Source of the DNA: Basidiobolus meristosporus CBS 931.73
Taxonomy: Eukaryota > Fungi > Basidiobolomycota
NCBI GenBank assembly: GCA_002104905.1
Contig: MCFE01000045.1
Span: 124,001-188,000, forward strand
Direction of reading: 5' to 3'
Length of the DNA stretch: 64,000 nucleotides
The notes under the pieces are model-generated. The model made no database searches, was not told where the DNA came from, and was given only the letters and a program-made list of their open reading frames with translations. Position numbers and translations under genes: made by a program. This document shows, piece after piece, positions 60,706 through 64,000 of this stretch (position 1 is its first letter; each line of letters begins with the position of its first letter).

Positions 60706-61611
60706 TTATAATCGTTTGGCAATAACGATGGAATTCACCACTTCATTATATGGATGAACGACAAGGACAGGCTCGAAACCTGTCAACATCTCTGTTTCAA
60801 TTTCCGGGTACAATAGGGTCCTGAGGCTGTGAGCACTTCGAAGAACCAAGTAAGAGCCGGGTCTCATGGCTCTCCATAGCTGTTTGGTGATTTCTTGTTT
60901 TTCGGCTTGAGCAAGTCCTACCAGTGCAGCCAGATATACAATATCATGACACTTCAGGTCTTGTATCTTACCAACATCCTGATGATGAAAGATCAGGTTG
61001 CTTTGGACATCTGGCAATTGTTCTACAAGCGCCGCACTTACGGTCAGCGCCTCCAAATCAATATCATAGTTATCAATGACGAAGGAAGTCACCTCCGAGC
61101 TTCCAATCTGGGTCAATAGTTCTCTTGCCAAACAAATCGAAGTTAACGGAAGTGGTCCCGAGCCCAAAAACGCAATCTTTTCGGGAGATTGATGTAAAAC
61201 GGAACGGATGGCATTGAGTTCCATCTTCGCCAGGGAAACATAATTTTGATAATACGGAAAACGCAGTAGCTCCAACGCGGCTTCTTCGGGCTTCTTGACA
61301 ATGTGGGCAGCCCATGTTGCCTCCAACCGGAACTCACCGATGGCACAGAGCTGTCGAAAGTGCTCAGTAATCGCTATGATCTGCCTATCACGGAGAATGG
61401 CCTCCAGATCATAGCGCGGTAGTGTTTTTATGCAAATACTAACCAGCTCACTGAAGGCGGCGTTAATTTCGGGGCAAGGATCCAAAGCGGATGCTTTGGC
61501 CAATGTTTGATATATGCTGTAAATCCGATTCCTGGTTTCCTTTGCTCTTACGAATCCGTTTTGTGCACAAAAATCTGAGGGCTCAGTAGGAACAATGGAG
61601 TGGCTTAGCAT
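60706..61611 (-). CDS. NAS: Nicotianamine synthase (plant/fungal type), intronless, 301 aa
   Basis: INAAFSELV; EFRLEATWA; FPYYQNYVSLAKMEL; IAFLGSGPLPLTS; YDIDLEA; DIVYLAALVG; LVLRSAHSLRTLLYP; VHPYNEVVNSIVIAKR. The motif order matches the NAS family. Confidence 0.94.
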   Translation of the reverse strand: MLSHSIVPTEPSDFCAQNGFVRAKETRNRIYSIYQTLAKASALDPCPEINAAFSELVSICIKTLPRYDLEAILRDRQIIAITEHFRQLCAIGEFRLEATWAAHIVKKPEEAALELLRFPYYQNYVSLAKMELNAIRSVLHQSPEKIAFLGSGPLPLTSICLARELLTQIGSSEVTSFVIDNYDIDLEALTVSAALVEQLPDVQSNLIFHHQDVGKIQDLKCHDIVYLAALVGLAQAEKQEITKQLWRAMRPGSYLVLRSAHSLRTLLYPEIETEMLTGFEPVLVVHPYNEVVNSIVIAKRL

Positions 61612-62229
61612 GTCGAGAGAAGATTGGATAGTATGTAATCTGTGGGCATATCGAGTAGAAGATAGCCTTTATATACTGCAAAAAATGTTATGGCAAAGCT
61701 CTGCTGCATCTTTGACAATCAAATGGGGTTATTCAACGTAGAAACCCCATTACTTCTCTTGCTGCACCATCTACCTCCCACCAATATGACTAATTCTTGT
61801 TATCCGAGTCTTGGCCAATAATTTTGAACATGGTTTGAGTACCCTATAGGGCATCAAACTAGACTAGTTTTGCACAACAAACACGATGATGACCGATAAG
61901 GTGCTCAGATAACAGTCGCACTCTAACCTCTAGGGTACGCATCGAATCAAATGCTCCACAAAGTACCACAATGGTGGGATCGCCCGTATATTATCTAACT
62001 ATGGCCAACGTTACCTGAGTCATAATGTCATTATCCAAGAGATTGATGGCTGATAAGCTTAATCTTTCTAACCTCCAGGGTACGCATCAACTTTAACTCA
62101 ACCAAAGCCCCAGGAAATATTGCAACACAACAACCCCAGAATGTTGATGCTTCCGCAGTCCCTCATTTTGTTCACAAGTATTTAAGCCGTATTATTGAAG
62201 GATTTCCCAGGGCTTAAACCACCGTCAAT
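61612..62229. promoter_or_regulatory. Bidirectional promoter of NAS and the MFS gene, with repeated ZRE-like and GATA motifs
   Basis: TCTAACCTC(T/C)AGGGTACGCATC at 61922-61943 and 62067-62088, a related inverted copy at about 61836-61851, and HGATAR sites at about 61894, 61907, 61991 (reverse) and 62051. Confidence 0.6.
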
Positions 62230-63934
62230 ATGTCACCCGAGAGAGATGATAGCATGAAGATAACGCCGCTCCCTACAAGACAACTGATTGTATTGTGCTT
62301 GGTAAGGCTTGCCGAACCAATCAACTATACTATTCTTTTTCCATTCATGTATAGGGTAAGTTGCATACTTGTGCCCATTCGGACTACTTTTCTAACCCTC
62401 GTAATGGATCAGATGGTTAAGTGGATGAAGGTAGGCGAAAGCGAGGAGGATGTAAGCTCATATGCGGGCCTGATAGCGGCGTCGTTTGCGATTGCCCAGT
62501 TTTTCAGTGGTACATGGGTGGTCTCTGACTCAGATATGTGCGGGCGGTGCTAACCTTGTGCTAAATATATTCAGGTATTCCTTGGGGCTGGTTGTCGGAT
62601 CGCATCGGAAGAAAGCCCGTGATTCTGATGGGCCTACTAGGAAGTACAGTTGGAATCATAATGTTTGGTTTAAGTCAGAGTTTTGCCATGGCTATAATCA
62701 GTCGCTCTTTGGCCGGGATACTCAACGGGAATATTGGTGTCATCAAATCATTGCTAGCCGAGATTACTGATAAATCTAATAGAGCGAAAGCTTTTTCATT
62801 GCTCCCACTAGTCTGGGGAGTGGGAAGTGTAGTTGGTCCCCTGCTAGGTGGTCTATTGTCAGAGCCAGCTACTCAATATCCGTCGGTATTCGGTAACAAT
62901 TCTGTGATGATCAAGTTTCCTTATCTTTTGCCTTGCTTGATTGGTTCCTGCATTAGCCTGGCAGGGTCCATCTTCGGTTTCTTTTTCCTAGAAGAAACAT
63001 TGAAAAGTAAAGTACAAGAGAAGAACCAAAAGAATGCGCAAGCAGGACCACATGCTTCCCAGGAAAAATCCTCACAGACAACTGGCGAATGTGAAAAAGG
63101 CTCAGAAATCATTGAGGTGGCAAATGCGAAATTGGATACTCACACCCCTGAATCTAAGCCATCGCTCAGATCCTCGCTTACCAAGCCTGTACATATAGTG
63201 GTGCTCTCGTATGTACTATTTTCCCTTCAAAATGTTACATGGGACGAGCTATACAACCTTTGGACTGCTGCTCCCATTGAACACTATGGGCTTGGATTAA
63301 GCCAGTCGAAGATCAGTATCACATTAGCTATAGTGGGCATTTTAACGCCAGTGGTACAGCTTATGATTTACCCACCGCTTCAGCGACGTTTTGGGGATCT
63401 ATCCTGTTACCGAGTTGTGCTATTTGTGTACATCCCATTTTATATATTGCAACCTTTTGTAGCGGATCTGGCTCGGCATGGTGAGCAGTTTAGAGACCAT
63501 AACACAAGTACTTACAGACTTGTCCAAGTGGGTGTCTGGGCAGGGGTTGGGCTCTGCCTTATTACCAAAGTAATTTGCTCACCCATCTGCTTTACTGCTA
63601 CATCGATATTGCTTACAGATGTCTGTGAGAATAACGAGGTTTTAGGAACAGTGAATGGGTAAATAGTCCTACTAATCATTTACACCTGAATTTACACCTG
63701 AATATATATATCCTGACAACTTATTGTAGATACTCGCAAGCCGTGGTTTCGCTTACGAGAGCGGCTGGGCCAGCCATGGGTGGCGCTTTACTTACCCTGT
63801 CAATCAAGTCTTCTCTACCCTTTCCATTAAATAGTCATTTAGTTTGGAATGTATTATCAGTCATTGCTATTATTACTTGGATTGAATCATTCTGGGTAAA
63901 GTCAGTTTTGAGTAAGAAGGATAATTCACATTGA
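62230..63934 (+). CDS. MFS transporter, ZIF1/ZIFL/TOM1-like (YCR023C-like) subfamily, 3 or more introns
   Basis: TPLPTRQLIVLCLVRLAEPINYTILFPFMY; YAGLIAASFAIAQF; PWGWLSDRIGRKPVILMG; LNGNIGVIKSLLAEITDKSNRAKAFS; GPLLGGLLSEPA; FPYLLPC; FFLEET; LGTVNG..VSLTRAAGPAMGG. Confidence 0.9.
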
Positions 63935-64000
63935 AATAAAACCCACGTATTAAGAGACATAATTTGCACTGAAATATGTTACACGGAGCATAAAATGAGA

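Noticed and set aside
1-64000. CRISPR arrays, rRNA genes, prokaryotic operons, CACTA terminal inverted repeats
   Set aside because: None were found. The repeats present lack repeat-spacer periodicity, the DNA is eukaryotic, and the CACTA/TAGTG occurrences do not sit at plausible element ends.

Overview
Gene-dense, intron-rich fungal genomic DNA with short GT-AG introns of about 50-70 nt. The gene content (myosin V, chitin-synthase activator, SMU1, gephyrin-type Moco fusion, ENA-type ATPase) fits a filamentous or early-diverging fungus; this is inference. Bases 1 to about 5.9 kb are a CpG-depleted graveyard of CACTA/En-Spm-type transposon fragments. From 6.6 to 55.7 kb there are about 25 mostly housekeeping genes: myosin V, ALG8, a PH protein, an SDT1-like nucleotidase, an F-box protein, glutaminyl cyclase, Mtf2-like, SDE2, PRP31, expansin-like, RasGEF, STS1/Cut8, a tandem CCCH protein, MTR4-like, SMU1, CHS4/SKT5-like, gephyrin-like, a GLI-like C2H2 factor, ANKRD40-like and an odd motor-only kinesin. 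The right end looks accessory. It holds a decayed ENA-type P-ATPase pseudogene, tRNA-Leu(CAG), and the most interesting element: an intronless nicotianamine synthase transcribed divergently from a ZIF1/TOM1/ENA1-like MFS transporter. Their shared ~620-bp promoter contains a repeated ZRE-like motif and clustered GATA sites, suggesting a metal-regulated nicotianamine (metallophore) synthesis-and-transport module. All gene models were spliced by eye and no database searches were run, so exon boundaries and family assignments need confirmation.
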